A program made the translations under genes and the position numbers. The notes beneath the pieces are model-generated. The model was not told the DNA's origin, searched no databases, and was given only the letters and a program-made list of their open reading frames with translations. 64,000 nt of DNA from Zygnema circumcarinatum SAG 698-1b (taxonomy: Eukaryota > Plantae > Zygnematophyceae). Location of the stretch: positions 4,627,909-4,691,908 of the forward strand of contig CM074804.1 of assembly GCA_037447605.1 (NCBI GenBank), given 5' to 3'. This document shows positions 23,905 to 36,813 of the stretch, piece after piece. Position 1 is the stretch's first letter. Every line of letters begins with the position of its first letter.

Positions 23905-25222
23905 ACCTGTGCAAGGTCGCGGAGTCAGCACCGTCCGTACGCCTGCGCCCGGGCAGCGTCAGGAACCGTACGGATACTGTCAGAATCGGTACGTACGGCG
24001 GACGAAAGGTCATGAGCAGGCCTCTACAAATAAGGGAATTCCCTCAATAACGTATATAAAAATTAAGGGAAATTCTGAAATTTTTCTATGGGATTCTAAC
24101 GGATATGGTTCAAAACACCTCAAAAACACCGAAAAGAATCACGAGCCCTTAGTTATCATGCCATGCTCTCCCCCTTTCTCTTTCTCTTTCCTCGAGATCG
24201 TTAGTCACCTACAGTACAAGGAAGTGAAGCACCAAAGTACAAGCTAGACCAAGGTTCTGTAATGCAATACTTATGTGACTATTTTGTTCAACAAAGCACA
24301 CCCCAATAACTTAAAGTCAATCTAACTATCAGACACGATGCTGCAGACGAAGATGCTGCACAGAATTGTCCGTCAATCAAAATATTTCACACGAGGTGTA
24401 AATTTCCTATTGCTGCCAACCTTTTGTCCTCGCCCAAAAAAGATGCAGAAACGACAAACACAAGAAAACCCAAGGCCTGTTGCCAGGGCCGAGCAGTGAC
24501 CTTGAGACCAAACTGGTCTGCACGGTCGTGCTGGAACGCATGCAACTTATTGCTTTTCCCCTTTGTGACATTTCATGCTCCGAAATCGCAGCACTTACTA
24601 CGACGACATCTAGAGATTGAAGAGAGAGTGAGAAGAAAACGAGAGGAGGAAAAGGGAGAGAGAGAGAGGGGGAGGGAGAAAAAATGGCATATAAGACATA
24701 AAAAACGTCAGTGAGTCTTACTGAGGCTTCAGCCGTGACTATCGTCGATTTTTTTGTACGATTATGTCATTTCCGACAATCCGACATTTTCGAGGCTTTC
24801 TCTTTGTCCTTATGTCCATTGTGACCGCTTCTTTTGGTTCCCTATGTCGATTTTATCCATGTACATTTGATGGCCTTGCCATCGTGAGTTCAATCAAACA
24901 TCATTTCTCGTCAAGAACCGTTTTATGAAATTTAAGGGATTCCGTACACGGAGTCCCTTACAGTTCATTGTAGAGGCCTGGTCATGCGACTCATGACCGT
25001 ACGGGCTCATCGGAAAAACCCTGTCCGCCGTACACGTGGGGGGCCGGCGGGCGGGCGCGTGCGTGTACGGACAGGCGCGGGGCGGGGACCAATCGATGAT
25101 GCCTCGGCGCAATGCCTCGTTGTTGTACACTGTTATTATTGAGGTTGGAGCTCCTCGCTGACGCATTATTGGAGCGAATTGCAAATTTTGCCAGTCCGGA
25201 TGTGACGAGCTCCACGCATGTC

Positions 25223-25940
25223 TAGGGATGGCCGTAAAATTATATCTATTAAAATTTAATTTTAAACCAAGAATTTAAAATTATGAGCGATTTAAAATTC
25301 TAGTTTGAAACTACGTTGACGACGTCACGACATGGCATGATGACGTCATGACGTGATGATGTCACTGTGATGTCACGCCCTGGTGACGTCATACTGTCAC
25401 TTCGTGTAGTTCCCTTGGTCAACTGAATACGACGTTTTGGCGAGCCTCTCCTCCGCCGCCGTCCCTCCCCCTTCCTCCGCTCCCTCCTCCCCCTCGTCCT
25501 CGTCGACTACTTCCACGGGCCAGCTCTCAGCTCACCTCTCCTCATATTGCAGTGATTATTGTCATCATGTACTACTGGCTGCTGCTGGTGCCGCGCCGGC
25601 TCCCCCTCGTCCGTGTCTCGCTCTATCTGAGTCCGCCATTTGACCTTGCCGGGCTGTTGGGTTTTGATGCAGCAGGCAGCTTCGAGTTCACTTCAGCGCA
25701 GGCGGCGGCAGCGGGGGACGTGCGGGGCTGCAGGCTGAGGCTGCAGCGGCAAAGGGCGCAGTCTTGTCACGACTCTAACGACTTCTATGCTTCTATGGTA
25801 CGACCATACCGTATCTCGTACATATTTAAAATTAATTTAGTACAGTATTACTGGGCATAATTTTATACGCTTAAAATATCCGATTTAAAATCGATAATTT
25901 TAAAGTGAAAAATAGTAACTCGCACGTGCGGCCATCCCTA
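25223..25940. mobile_element. Non-autonomous hAT-type DNA transposon (MITE-like, 718 bp)
   Basis: Perfect 12-bp TIRs TAGGGATGGCCG (25223-25234) and CGGCCATCCCTA (25929-25940). The 8-bp flanks are cgcatgtc/ctcatgtc (1 mismatch). Subterminal regions are AT-rich. TAGGGATG termini with an 8-bp TSD are characteristic of Ac/hAT. Confidence 0.85.
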
Positions 25941-27859
25941 CTCATGTCACGCACTTGGACTTTAGTTTGTGGGTTGTGTAGAAAGAAAATAGGTCTGCGT
26001 CTGCACAAACTAACTGACTCTGACAGCAAAAACGGCTTAGGAAAAGTGGCATGGCGCGCCCCTGAACCCTCCGTTGCCACTTCTCCTGCGCCAAAACCCC
26101 ACCTTTCGCTCCCTCAGGGAAGCCGGCCATTGAGGGCATTGAGAATTGCAAACAATCGACGTGCGGTGTGCGGTAGTAGCTCTGCTTCGAGACTTTCAGT
26201 ACGGAGGTAGCAACTAGTAAGGACGCTTTCCCGGACCTCGTGATATGGAGCGACAAAGTGGCTACTGATTAGTAATTTAATAATGGATGTTGCCATGTAT
26301 GCCATCGATTGATGCCGCTAAGGCCATGCCATTGGCGCTACGTGCTTTTCTTTTTTTAAATTTAATGCATGTTATGCGATGTTTGGACGTGTCTCTGAGA
26401 TGGCCAATGCACAGTCAACGCATTTGTGCGCATACGAAAGTGCTTTCGGAAATCCTTCGCATGCGCATGAAACGTGTTGTGCTCCTATGGGTCAAACCGT
26501 TGAAGGTAGGTTCAAACCGTAGGTGCCAGTGCTTGCCAACCATTGCTGTGACTTCACTATTAGACAACCATTGCCAATGGTCCACAGCGCAAAACAACGG
26601 AACGCGCGGCAGCAACGAGGTGCCGCCACATGGCAACAGCGGAGGTGGCGGCGGCGGGCAGGCGGCCAGCGCGAGGAGTTCATCGACCCACCCGTGCAAC
26701 GTATCTACGTACGTGTATCGTATCGTATCGTATCGCTTGTACCACAGCAAGCTCATACATACCTTTGGGGTCATGCTGTACAGTAATATCAGAACGCGGC
26801 TTGTTCTCTCTGCCAACCTTGCAGCCTAACTCAGTGTCTGAGGTGGTTTGCTAATCACTGGTAGCAATGTGCAAACCAACGGTAGTGGTGCCCAGCCAAC
26901 CAGTGGGTCAAGCCTTTGGCAATGGGTGTGAGAGTATAAACCTAATGGTTCGAGTCGTTCGCTATGGTCGTCTCGGTGTGATCAGCGGGTTTCAACTTTG
27001 CAACTCGTCGAGCTTGTAAGGCTGTGGGGAATTGTCGGAGCATCCGCCCTTCCAGCATGTGGGCACTCCTCGGCAGCAGTTGCTCCTCTCGTTCCCTCCC
27101 TCCTTGTCCTGACGTCTATTGCCGCTCTCGCCCCTCGTCGTTATCCTTCCTCTCTTCCTTCCTCGCACTGTTCACCGGACGGCGGTACTTTGTGTTCGGT
27201 GTGAGGGTTGCTTTGCTCGAGATGCCCCCCCGGTCCTTAACGCCAACATAAGGACTAAGGAGTAAGGTCGTCTGACAGGCCAGGACGACCCATTCAGGGG
27301 GACTTTGTTTGCTGTAGCGCATATTCGTGCACCTCAAGCTTTTCCGAAGGCTTTCCTGGGTTGCCTCTTCCCCTCGCTGGTTGACGATACTCACATCTTT
27401 AGTATTATAGATCAAGGTGTGACGCTTTTTACCAATTTTACGGATCGATTGGCAGCCATGCAACTAATTTTTTTGGTTGCCCTTACGGCGCACACCGCGA
27501 TTCTACCGACGAGTTTGTTCTCATGACCTTTGAGATTTTTGGCTGCCTGGACGCCCCGTTTGGATGCCTGTCTTCGCAAGCGCGCCCGGCAGGCCTTGGA
27601 TTCTGCATGCCTCCGGAAGCCAGCCTCCCTCCGCCTGCGTTCACAGCCTGGCCTTCTATCGCCAACACATTTCCGTCGCCTTCCAGCGTTGTGCCTCGCC
27701 TCCGTGGTCGTCCCGGTCGCAGTCCGCCCCTCCCGCCCTCCCCTCCCTCCCTCCCTCCCTCCCTCCCTGAATTGCCCGGAGAGGAGAGGAGGCGGGTCCA
27801 GGGTCCAGGGTCCAGCAGTCGGTGAAGAAGCGTCGCGCGAGGACGGCCTTCGCGGCTGC

Positions 27860-27930
27860 CCTCTCCCTCTCCCTCTCCCTCTCCCTCACTCTCGAGCCGC
27901 GTCGCGTTGTTGTTGTTGTTGTTGTTGTTG
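27860..27930. repeat. Adjacent (CCCTCT)n and (GTT)8 microsatellites
   Basis: Read directly from lines 27841-27901. Confidence 0.85.
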
Positions 27931-28656
27931 GGCCCACTGCCGTACACGCAGAGGTCCGCTCGACGCAGGTAGACGTGCGCGGCTCCCCTTGCTCCCACGT
28001 GTTGTTGTTGACTTGTTGACGTCCATGTTCATTTCATGGCATCGCCGTCGCGAGACCAACGCCAAGTCCAAATCTCTAAAATCAATGCAAGTTTTCTACT
28101 TTCTAAAATCAAGAACCTCAAACATAACCGTTGTTCTTGTTGTTGTTATTTGCTCCAAGAGTGAGTGGGCTCCTCAACGTGTTCCTTTTGACTTCAACAT
28201 CGACACTGCCAAAGTTGCGGAGAGGCCCAAAGGCGGAGAGGAGCCCCGCACTGCGCTCGGCCGCCCTCGCCGACTCGCGCCTCCCACCGCCATAGCCCCC
28301 TGCCGCTCTTCTTGCGGCAGCCGCCCTATTTGGGCGAGTCTTCCATGGCGACGGAGAGCGCGATGCTGCATGGAGCATGCTAGCCATGGTGGAGCAGTGG
28401 ATACGCTCTTGGTAGGATCCATGGCCGCTGTTGAGGGGAGCCATCGCACACGCCTTCCAGTAGGATTCGGACGGAGAGTAGCTGCAGGAGAGGAGGAAAG
28501 GAGAGGGAGCTGTTGTGGCAGGACCTGTGTTTGCAGCACTGTTTAAGTTAAGTCAGGTCTTGGCGAGGCTGCGTGAGTTCGGTGATGGTTGGGTAGTAAG
28601 GTCAAAGCAAGACGAGGCGTATTGGTGCCGATTAGGGTTTGGTGTAGTGTGAGAAA

Positions 28657-30284
28657 ATGGCAAAGAAGAGGAAGTCAGAGGCTCCAGGGCTGGAAGAGGT
28701 AGAAAGGACCCTGTATAGTTCCTTCTGCGCCGCTGCAAATTCGATTTCTCAGCTGTACACGCAGGCGCAGAACCAGCAGCGAATTGCTTTCCAAGCCGGG
28801 GAACGACACGCCCTGGTGCGCGAATGAGACAAGCTTTTTTTGAGGTTCTCGTGCAGCATGATGCATGGCGTCAGAAGTAAATTATATCTCATGGATGCCC
28901 CGAGGAGCATCGATCGTCCGTTGATGATGATGGTGTGGTGGAGTTTATTCCATGGATGGGAAATTGCATGCTGTTTACGCCGCGGTTGTCGGAAAGCACT
29001 AGGGTCACATCGATGATGTGCTGCTGATGGTTTGTCTGCAAGGTTACAAGAGGACTGTCAGAGAGATGTGAAGTTATATTCGCTGGTCATCTGAATGGTT
29101 TTCCTTTGCTTCCTGTGTTTTTCGAAAATAAACCGCCGCTTTCCTGGGTTTCAATCGGCTGACCTGGCATTGACCTGCTGTCACATTGTCTCCGACGTGT
29201 ATAGAACAGGTTTGCGTTGAAGCATGTTTATCGTGTATAGTCAAATTGTGTGGAATAGGTTCTGGAATAGGTTAGCTGTCCGATGGCATGTGGGTGTGTC
29301 TTCTGACACTGTGCCCATGTCTCCTTTTCAGGATAAGGTCTACCAATGGACAATGAAAGAACACAATGGAGCTGCATACATTTCAGTGGAGCAGCTGATG
29401 GCATTTCTGCAGGTAATTCACCCTAAAGAAGTCACCCTTTTGTTTCTATAGACCCATATTCACGGTTGCTTTTCCTGTTACTTGAGAACTTCCAGATGGG
29501 AGATTCAATGTCGGTATTTGACTGCCTCTCTGACTTTTGCTGGTTTCTTCTATAACATGGAGAAATCTTCTGGAGATGGCGACCCTTTACAGCTACTGCT
29601 TTTTCGTTTGTCAGTGGTCTTGGTGGCAATTTTTTGTGCCTAAAGCATTACGATGCCTCTTACTTTGTTTGTTTGCAAATAGAACCTCAATCCTGAGAAG
29701 GCATTGGCTTCAGCATGCTGATGTGCCCTGGTGAGATGACTCTCTATCCACAGAGGGAAAATGATCGCACGGAGGAAGCTGTCATACCAACTGCAGTGAA
29801 TCATACATACTCTGCTCTCTCAGGGCTTCCTCCCAATAATGGCGCTGCCGCTTGCCTTCCTCACTCTGACGGCTCTGCACCCGGGCAGTTCGATCCGAGC
29901 AAAGCTTCCGTCTTCATGGGAGCCTTATCAAGTCCGCAGAGACGCAACATGCCGCAGTTTTCCGGTCAACCCGGTTTTGATCAAGCTGCAGCCCCCCCAG
30001 TATCCGAACAGAGGAGGCAGGCGGGTGATGCAGAGAGAGGGATTGGCTCTCACTTGCAGCCTAGCCACCATCAGTCACAGCCGAGGCACTCAGCATTTGG
30101 GCCATCATCAACGCAAGCTGAGGATGGGTCGGCCGCAATCGGAGACTCCGTGGGGCAGCCTCCGAGTCATTATTCCCTTCACCAGCAGCAGGGACGCAGC
30201 ATGTACTATGGGGTTGGCCAAGAGTTCCGGGGGACCCACTTTCTCAACGACAATGACTCGAGCATGGATACGTACTCGCGCTAA
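28657..30284 (+). CDS. HAPSTR1/TAPR1 (C16orf72)-like protein, plant type; 3 exons (28657-28815, 29332-29412, 29754-30284)
   Basis: MAKKRKSEAPGLEEVERTLYSSFCAAANSISQLYTQAQNQQRIAFQAGERHAL|DKVYQWTMKEHNGAAYISVEQLMAFLQ|...SKASVFMGALSSPQRRN...NDSSMDTYSR*. All three exons are phase 0 with GT-AG sites. The N-terminal helical motif matches the C16orf72 family, and ALSSPxRR and DSSMD match the plant members. Confidence 0.88.
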
Positions 30285-31035
30285 TGGAAAGCTTTCGCAA
30301 GGCATCACCCAGGCGCTTGCTGTACTAGTCAAGCAGTTAGGGCTTCGAGCTCCTGCAGTTGTACAGATATTTGCCTTAAGCATTTGAGCTCAATGCATTC
30401 ACACGGCTTCCGGGTTTGCAGACGAGAACAGCTTCCGGCTTCCGGGTTACCACGTGTCTGCTGCAGTTTTGGCTCCGTAGGGAGCTTAGCAGCCTCCTGT
30501 ATGAACTGATCCAACATCTTTTCTCCCTATGGGCGGTACTGCACTTGCCGTTATCATGATTCTTAGTCGGCGGCGAGCAGATAGCAGGTTCGCCTGGGCT
30601 TGTTACTTTTGAAGTTTCCTTTCTCTGCATAGACGAACAGCTAATGGAGATCTTTGATAGAGACGCCATCATCTCTCACCTCCATCTTCCTCCCCCCCTC
30701 CCTCTCTAGTCTCTTCCCTCGCTCTCGTCCTTTCCTCTGTCAGGTCAGGGGCGTTGAGTGTTCTTGTCGCGAATGACTGCAAAGGAGTGTGTTCCGAAGA
30801 CAGCGTTTGTTCCGTCAGTCCGCAGACGTGCAGCTTGCGCGGATAACATTCTGTGCCGATCGCCCTATGCAGCCTCTGAGTGCAGTGCCATCTGATAGCA
30901 TGTACTTGTACTGGGGAGGCTTAACGGACTGCCGCTGGAATAACGCAAAACGAGAATCGTCGCATACGTTACGTCAGAGCGTGAGGCAGCCAAAGTACAC
31001 GTTCCCGCATGCAAATGGTGTCTAGACAGTCACTC

Positions 31036-31262
31036 CAGGTGGTCGGACCATTTGGATCGGCGACCATTGGCCAACCATTGGATGGCAGCGGTTGGTTGTC
31101 CAATGGTTGGCAACCATTGACATCCAATGTTTTCAACCATTGGAATGGTTGGGAACCAATGGCATCCAATGATTTCTACCATCGGCAATGGTTGGCTCGG
31201 TCCAACGCCAATGGCTGCCAACCGCTGTATCCAATGGTTACAACCATTGGCAATGGTCGATT
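31036..31262. mobile_element. Orphan transposon end with a CAACCATTGG subterminal repeat array, related to the 35483-36813 element
   Basis: gtcggaccatttggatcggcgaccattggccaaccattggatggcagcggttgg aligns with 35489-35560. No matching right TIR or TSD was found. Confidence 0.6.
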
Positions 31263-31337
31263 GAATCCTTCCTGTTTTTGCGTTGCCGTAGGCAAAAGCT
31301 TAGTCATCGTTTTGATCCGTACGACGGGTTCGATTAT

Positions 31338-31721
31338 GTTGTCAAAGATTAATTTAATGGAAATGGGGTATAGTTGCCGCGAGTCTGACGTTGCCACGTC
31401 ACGCGTGCTGATTGGTTGTGCGTTTCGTTGGATCGAATGCGCAGAAAATGGGGTATATCGCGTTCCCATTCTGTCATTGCCACGGGTCGTTTTCTACGTA
31501 CGACAGCGTTCGATTTTGATGTTTTATGTGGCGTACGGATTCGGTTAGGTTGTCAAAGATGGATTTAATGAAAATGGGGTATAGTTGCCGCGAGTCTGAC
31601 GTTGCCACGTCGCGCGTCCTGATTGGTTGTGCGTTTCGTTGGATCGAATGCGCAGAAAATGGGGTATATCGCGTTCCCATTCTGTCATTGCCACGTGTCG
31701 TTTTCTATGTACGACAGCGTT
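31338..31721. repeat. Direct duplication of ~173 bp with a 211-bp period
   Basis: 31338-31510 matches 31549-31721 (gttgtcaaagat...tacgacagcgtt) with only a handful of substitutions. Confidence 0.9.
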
Positions 31722-32159
31722 TGTTTTGAATGTTTTACGGGACGTATTGTTGTAAATAGGGTATGTGTCGCAGCGTGTTTAAAGTGGCCACGTGGTGCAT
31801 TCTAATTGGTTAAATCGCACCTCGCGCAACTGAACAGAACACAATATTAAACAGCTTATGTGTTCGATCAGTTTCCGTTCCAGTTCACTTCACATAATTA
31901 AGGTTCGAAGACATTTCTATAAAAAGGCAACGCACGAGGATCTTGATCCGCAGCCTGTTGTTTCAATTGAACATTGAACAATTAAGTAAAAAAATGTTCG
32001 ATTTCTCAACCTAATTGGTTGTAGGGTAATAAAGGTATGTGCCTAGTCAGGCTGTTATTACAAATGACATAAAAAAGGAAGTCCTAATGGAAGCTGACCA
32101 GACGTGCATGCAAATGAACCAAGGATGCCCCATCTCCCCTGGACCAAGCTGTCAATGTG

Positions 32160-35108
32160 TCAGTGCCGCGTATTGAGAAGGCCGTGCAAAAGGTGTTCCA
32201 CATCCTCCGCGCGGCTCCACGGCATCATCTGAGCGCGGACGCGATCTGCAGCACTTCTGAGTTGTTTCACCAACGGGAACCTGCGGCGGGCCCGGAGCCA
32301 TTCTGGTTAAACGGAATGCAGCACTGAAAGGTCACCAACCATGACAAAGATAACAAGAACAGACCTAAAAAGGACCTCCGCAACCTCGGAGTGATTCAGA
32401 TCCTGCCAAAACCCTGCAAACCTCCAACAGGGTGTATGCCTTATTTGCTTCAAATGCCCAGAACTGCCAAGTCCAGCGTCCAAAACAAGTCAGGATGGGC
32501 ATGTAGAAGCATGAGCGAGGGAAACAAGCAACCATGAAACATGCAAGGAAGAGGCGTCGAATTCCGCGTTCTTTCTGGAGAAATGGCAGATAGGACGCGG
32601 AATGGCCCTGACCCTCCCCATACTCTTGGGGTGCACAAAGAGCTGCTCACCCTTCTCGGGCCAGCACGCAGTCCCCCTCTCTCAGACGCAGGGCGGGGCA
32701 GAAATCATTTCCCCCATCCCCTACGTAAATCACTCGGCCTTTGGGCAGACACCTTTCGTTGCGCAGCCTGTCCAGAATTTGGCCCTGCACATCCATGCCA
32801 GTCAGAAGGCATCCTTACCACAAAATAGGCATTTTCAACAATCACGATATACACATGCAGCACAAAATTGAGGTATAATCGAAGACCAACGAGCGTTGAT
32901 TCCTTTCTTTCAATCAGTGCAGTTATTTTGTACGGCAACATCGAAAGTTTAGATAACACCTTGCACATGTTAGGTGTGCTGACGCATGTAGGGCAGCCGT
33001 GAGGGCTCTCATCATCAGGCAGGTAGGGCTGTATTCTCAGTGCACCCTGGGAATCATAGTCTGCAGGATTCGTGTGGATGCTTGTGATACAAGACGACAA
33101 CTCGTGGTGGTCCAGAATGGTCGATATGAAAACAGAATTGGAGTCGCTGACGATGTGAATCTCGCAACTGCACGTAGGCACGATGGCTCAGGATAAGCTA
33201 GTGAAAAGATTGGCAGAATAAATCAAAGGAAAAAGTAAATGCCGCCAGAGATGCGGTTGCTTTCTTTCACAGGCATTCCAAATGCTAAGTTCAATGTGCA
33301 GTTTGGAAGCATCATGGATTGCCTGAAATAAAGAATGACCTATAGTGAATGCTCAGCCCAAAAATTGTTTCGTTGGATAACGAGAAGCTCACGATTCGTT
33401 TTCTACCGCCTTTCTCACAGCTCGAGCCATGGCTGCTTGCAGAGGCATTTTGCACAAGCATGTTCGAATGTCATCGTCTGCAATGCCCAACTTATGGAGT
33501 CGGATCATGCCCTTATCCTGCAGCATAAGGGCTGCGTTAGACAGCCAAAGCCTGACTTGCATCGACAATTCTCAGCGAATAAAACTGTTCTACTGAGCTA
33601 TCGGGACCATTACCACATGCATGTCAACACTGATCATCTATCATTTCTCTAGCACCGCCTCAGCGTTCTTTCCAGCAGCAAATTTCTGTAGATTGTCTAC
33701 TGACGGACTGCGTTGGAAAAGTAATGGCATAAAAAAGGCCCACCATGAGGAGCGTCCAAGGCATGTTATTGGCCAAGTTCAAAACCTCCGGCGCTCCCAG
33801 CTTCTCCAATATCCAGGTGTCTGTATGAAAGCGATGCATTTTAATAATACGAAACCCGATAAGAAGCACAGCAATTGGTCACGCTCAACAAGTGAAGCCA
33901 AGAAAATAGAGTATTGCGTGATGGGGCCGCTCGTATGATGTAAACTCTGACACTTCGACAGTAGTGCAGACATGATCCCGTATCTTGGCCTGGTTTCTAA
34001 AGAACTGACAAATGGAAACCCCAAGAGGAAATGCAACAGGCTGCACTTGAAGTCGTCCTTTACATCAAGTAAGCGCATTATGGATTCAAACTTAATAATC
34101 GGCGCTATCGCTTACCCGTATTATTGTCCACCATGGTCCTGCAGGCGCCAAGTAACCACCCACCCAGGCCGTGCAGAATTGAGGGTGAGGAAGACGCGTC
34201 ATCCTGCAGAATGTAAGGCGTGTTGCAAGAGCAGTGTCTTGTCTTCAATACTGGAAGAGGCAATGTCAACGCCACAGCCCAAAACTCAAGTTTGTCTTTG
34301 CCAAATGTTCTTCTTGAGGCAAGTTCCTACGCATGCTGCAGTTCCACGATGAATGTTTTTCCTGATTGTCTAAACGACGAGTTAACGACCCCACAACATT
34401 GCCACCAGGATTCTACGAGCCTTAATGTCTGGCATTCAAAACCTATAAGCTTCTGACACAAAAACTCCCTCGCAAGGCAAGCAAACTCTCTCTCAGTGCA
34501 AGGCTTATGAATTAATTAGTCTTTACAGTAAATGGAGAAAACGTCCAGCCATAAGGGACCGGTGCCGCTTGTTTATCCACTACCTTAAGAGCTAAAAACA
34601 AGAAACTGCTGCAAGAAACATAGAACCCTCTAGACATACAAAATGTTTGTTCTCCGGCTTATGAACTAACTGAAAGATGAGATTTAGCGAAGTACGCAGG
34701 CCCACACTCCCCGCACTGCTAACTCACTTGCTGTGTTACAGTCAGTACATTTTCTCATGACATTATCGTGCAGTTGTGGACAATATGTACGCGTTCAATA
34801 TGCTGCTCAATACTTAGTACCTGTGAGTAGGGAAGTACAATGCCATCCAATTCTTAATTGAGAACAGCAAGCACACACATCCAACTACTTACATTGCCAT
34901 TAACATGAACTCACCAGTCAAAATCGAAAACAAGGAGCGTCTGAACTCGAGCCCTAGCTTTGGCACTTCTTCCTCCCCACTTCTCCCCCTTATAAAAGAA
35001 CTGCCCACGTTGATTATGCTCCGCACGGCCAAATGAGCGGCTCATGTTGAAGAACGATAGCAGAGCGTGCTGGCGGCTGATGAGAAGAGAACCAACTGCA
35101 ACTTGCAT
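32160..35108 (-). CDS. PHOSPHO1/2 / PECP1-PS2-like HAD phosphatase (pyridoxal-phosphate / phosphoethanolamine / thiamine-phosphate phosphatase family); multi-exon, start codon uncertain
   Basis: HAD motif I LLVFDFDW|TMVDNNT|DTWILEKLG, then DKGMIRLHKLG, IVSDSNSVFISTILDHH...IHTNPA...LRIQPY...HGCPTC...NMCK, motif IV VIYVGDGENDFCPALRL, and a last exon FPLVKQL...PWSRAEDVEHLLHGLLNTRH* (TGA at 32160-32162). The start may be 35045, 35108 or an upstream exon near 35313. Confidence 0.88.
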
Positions 35109-35223
35109 CCCAGGAAGAAAACCCTACGACTGATGCAGCACTTCCATGGACTCCTGAAAGGCCTTTCCTATTTTCCCTGCGCCGTTGGGACACCCTCCAA
35201 ATAGAAGCACGACTTCCGCCCCG

Positions 35224-35247
35224 CCCTAACCCTAACCCTAACCCTAA
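35224..35247. repeat. (CCCTAA)4 interstitial telomere-like repeat
   Basis: ccctaaccctaaccctaaccctaa, in the 5' region of the phosphatase gene. Confidence 0.8.
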
Positions 35248-35482
35248 CAATGCTGGGGGCGCTCTGCACGCCTCCAGCATCATCACGTCATCCATGGCCA
35301 TGGCCATGCGCACTTCACATCTGCACCATGCATGCCCATGGCCGTCACGTCACACGGACGGGCCAGTGACCGTACCTGCACTCATGCGCAGACCGACCTC
35401 TGATTCCCCTTGAAGGCCTCCGTCCCTGAAGGTGTGAAGAAGGGAAGGGGAATTTCGTCTGCGCGACCAACTCCAACCACTT

Positions 35483-36813
35483 CACAGTTCGGACCAGTGG
35501 ATCGGCAACCATTGGACAACCATTGGATGGCAATGGTTGGACGTCCACTGGTTGGCAACCAGTCGAATGGTTGTTTCGATCCGCAACCACTGGTTGGCAA
35601 CCAGTCGACTGGTTTGGAACCAGTGGATGCCACTGGTTCACAACCAGTCGAATGGTTGTTTCGATCCGGCGGCACTGGTTGGCAACCAGTCGAATGGTTA
35701 TATCCAATTATCCATTAAATCAAATGGTTGGCAACCATTAAATCACTAGTTGTCAACGGTTGGCAACCCACCAAAAAACACATACGACCCATTTTTTAGC
35801 CCCTACATCTCCCTACACGTTTGACTTACAATAAACTATTAGTTTCCTCTTTTTGAAGTACTCACGCCTGAACCCTAAGCCTAGCCTGAACCCTAAATCT
35901 GGACTCCTGCTCCTCCTCGCGATTCTGACTGCTCTCACAAAGCGCGCACTCATGCGCTCTATGGCGACAAAACAAAACAAAACAAAATAAATTCAGCAGA
36001 GCATGTCCATCCACCCAAGAGAAGAAAATGAGCACAGAAAACACAAACATCGCAGTATTTGCATTTTCAGATGATCACATACAGTTGAAAAAAAATCATA
36101 TCAGAAATTTCAGAGCGTGTGCTGAAAATAAAAAGACTGCCAAAAGCAGTGGAAGTTTCAAAAAGAAAATAACGAAGCACTTCAAAATTACGAAGGAACG
36201 AATTTACGAATTACATATGAAATGAAGTTACAGCTTCAAGACTGAGCCTTCAACTCCAGCCCTTAGACTCTACCACACTTTTAAACTCCTAAATGAATAC
36301 CCCCAACCTTCCTTACCCACCCTCCCTCTCTCTCTCTCTATCCTCTTTTTCTCACTCCATCCCTCTCTCTCTCATTCCCTCCCTCCTTCCCTATCTCCCT
36401 CCCTCCCTCCTCCAATATCTGCCTGCTTGTTTGCTTGCTTGTTTGCTCGCCTTCTACCTTCCGTGTCTCCCTCCCTCCTTCCTTTCCTCCTACCTCCCTG
36501 CCTCCGTCCATCACATTTTTCAGGGTAGGAAAAAGAGCATAATTTCAGAAATTCAATGGTTGCCAACCATTGGATCACTGGTTCCGAACCAATCGAATGG
36601 TTGTTTCAGTCCTGCGCCACTGGTTCGCAACCAGTCGACTGGTTTCCAACCAGTGGATGCCACTGGTGGAGGAGGTGGACCACTGGTTGGCAACCAGTCG
36701 AATGGTTGTTTCGGTCCGCAACCACTGGTTGGCAACCAGTCGACTGGTTTGGAACCAGTGGATGCCACTGGTTGGCAACCAGTCGACTGGTTTGTCTAAT
36801 GGTCCGATCTGTG
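35483..36813. mobile_element. Non-autonomous 8-bp-TSD DNA transposon (hAT most likely), 1331 bp, with large palindromic subterminal arrays
   Basis: 14-bp TIRs CACAGTTCGGACCA / TGGTCCGATCTGTG (1 mismatch) and a perfect 8-bp TSD aaccactt (35475-35482, 36814-36821). Arrays of ccactggttggcaaccagtcg(a/c) lie at ~35490-35770 and ~36555-36795. No transposase ORF is present. Confidence 0.9.

Noticed and set aside
26947-26956. GGTTCGAGTC, like a tRNA B-box
   Set aside because: No A-box, acceptor stem or cloverleaf could be built around it.
27483-28546. 338-aa and 171-aa ORFs with poly-C/poly-N/EG tracts
   Set aside because: Microsatellite-driven, GC-rich and stop-poor; no recognisable motif.
35490-36795. 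Regularly spaced palindromic repeats resembling a CRISPR array
   Set aside because: The context is eukaryotic, there are no unique spacers or cas genes, and the arrays are bounded by TIRs and an 8-bp TSD, so they are transposon subterminal repeats.
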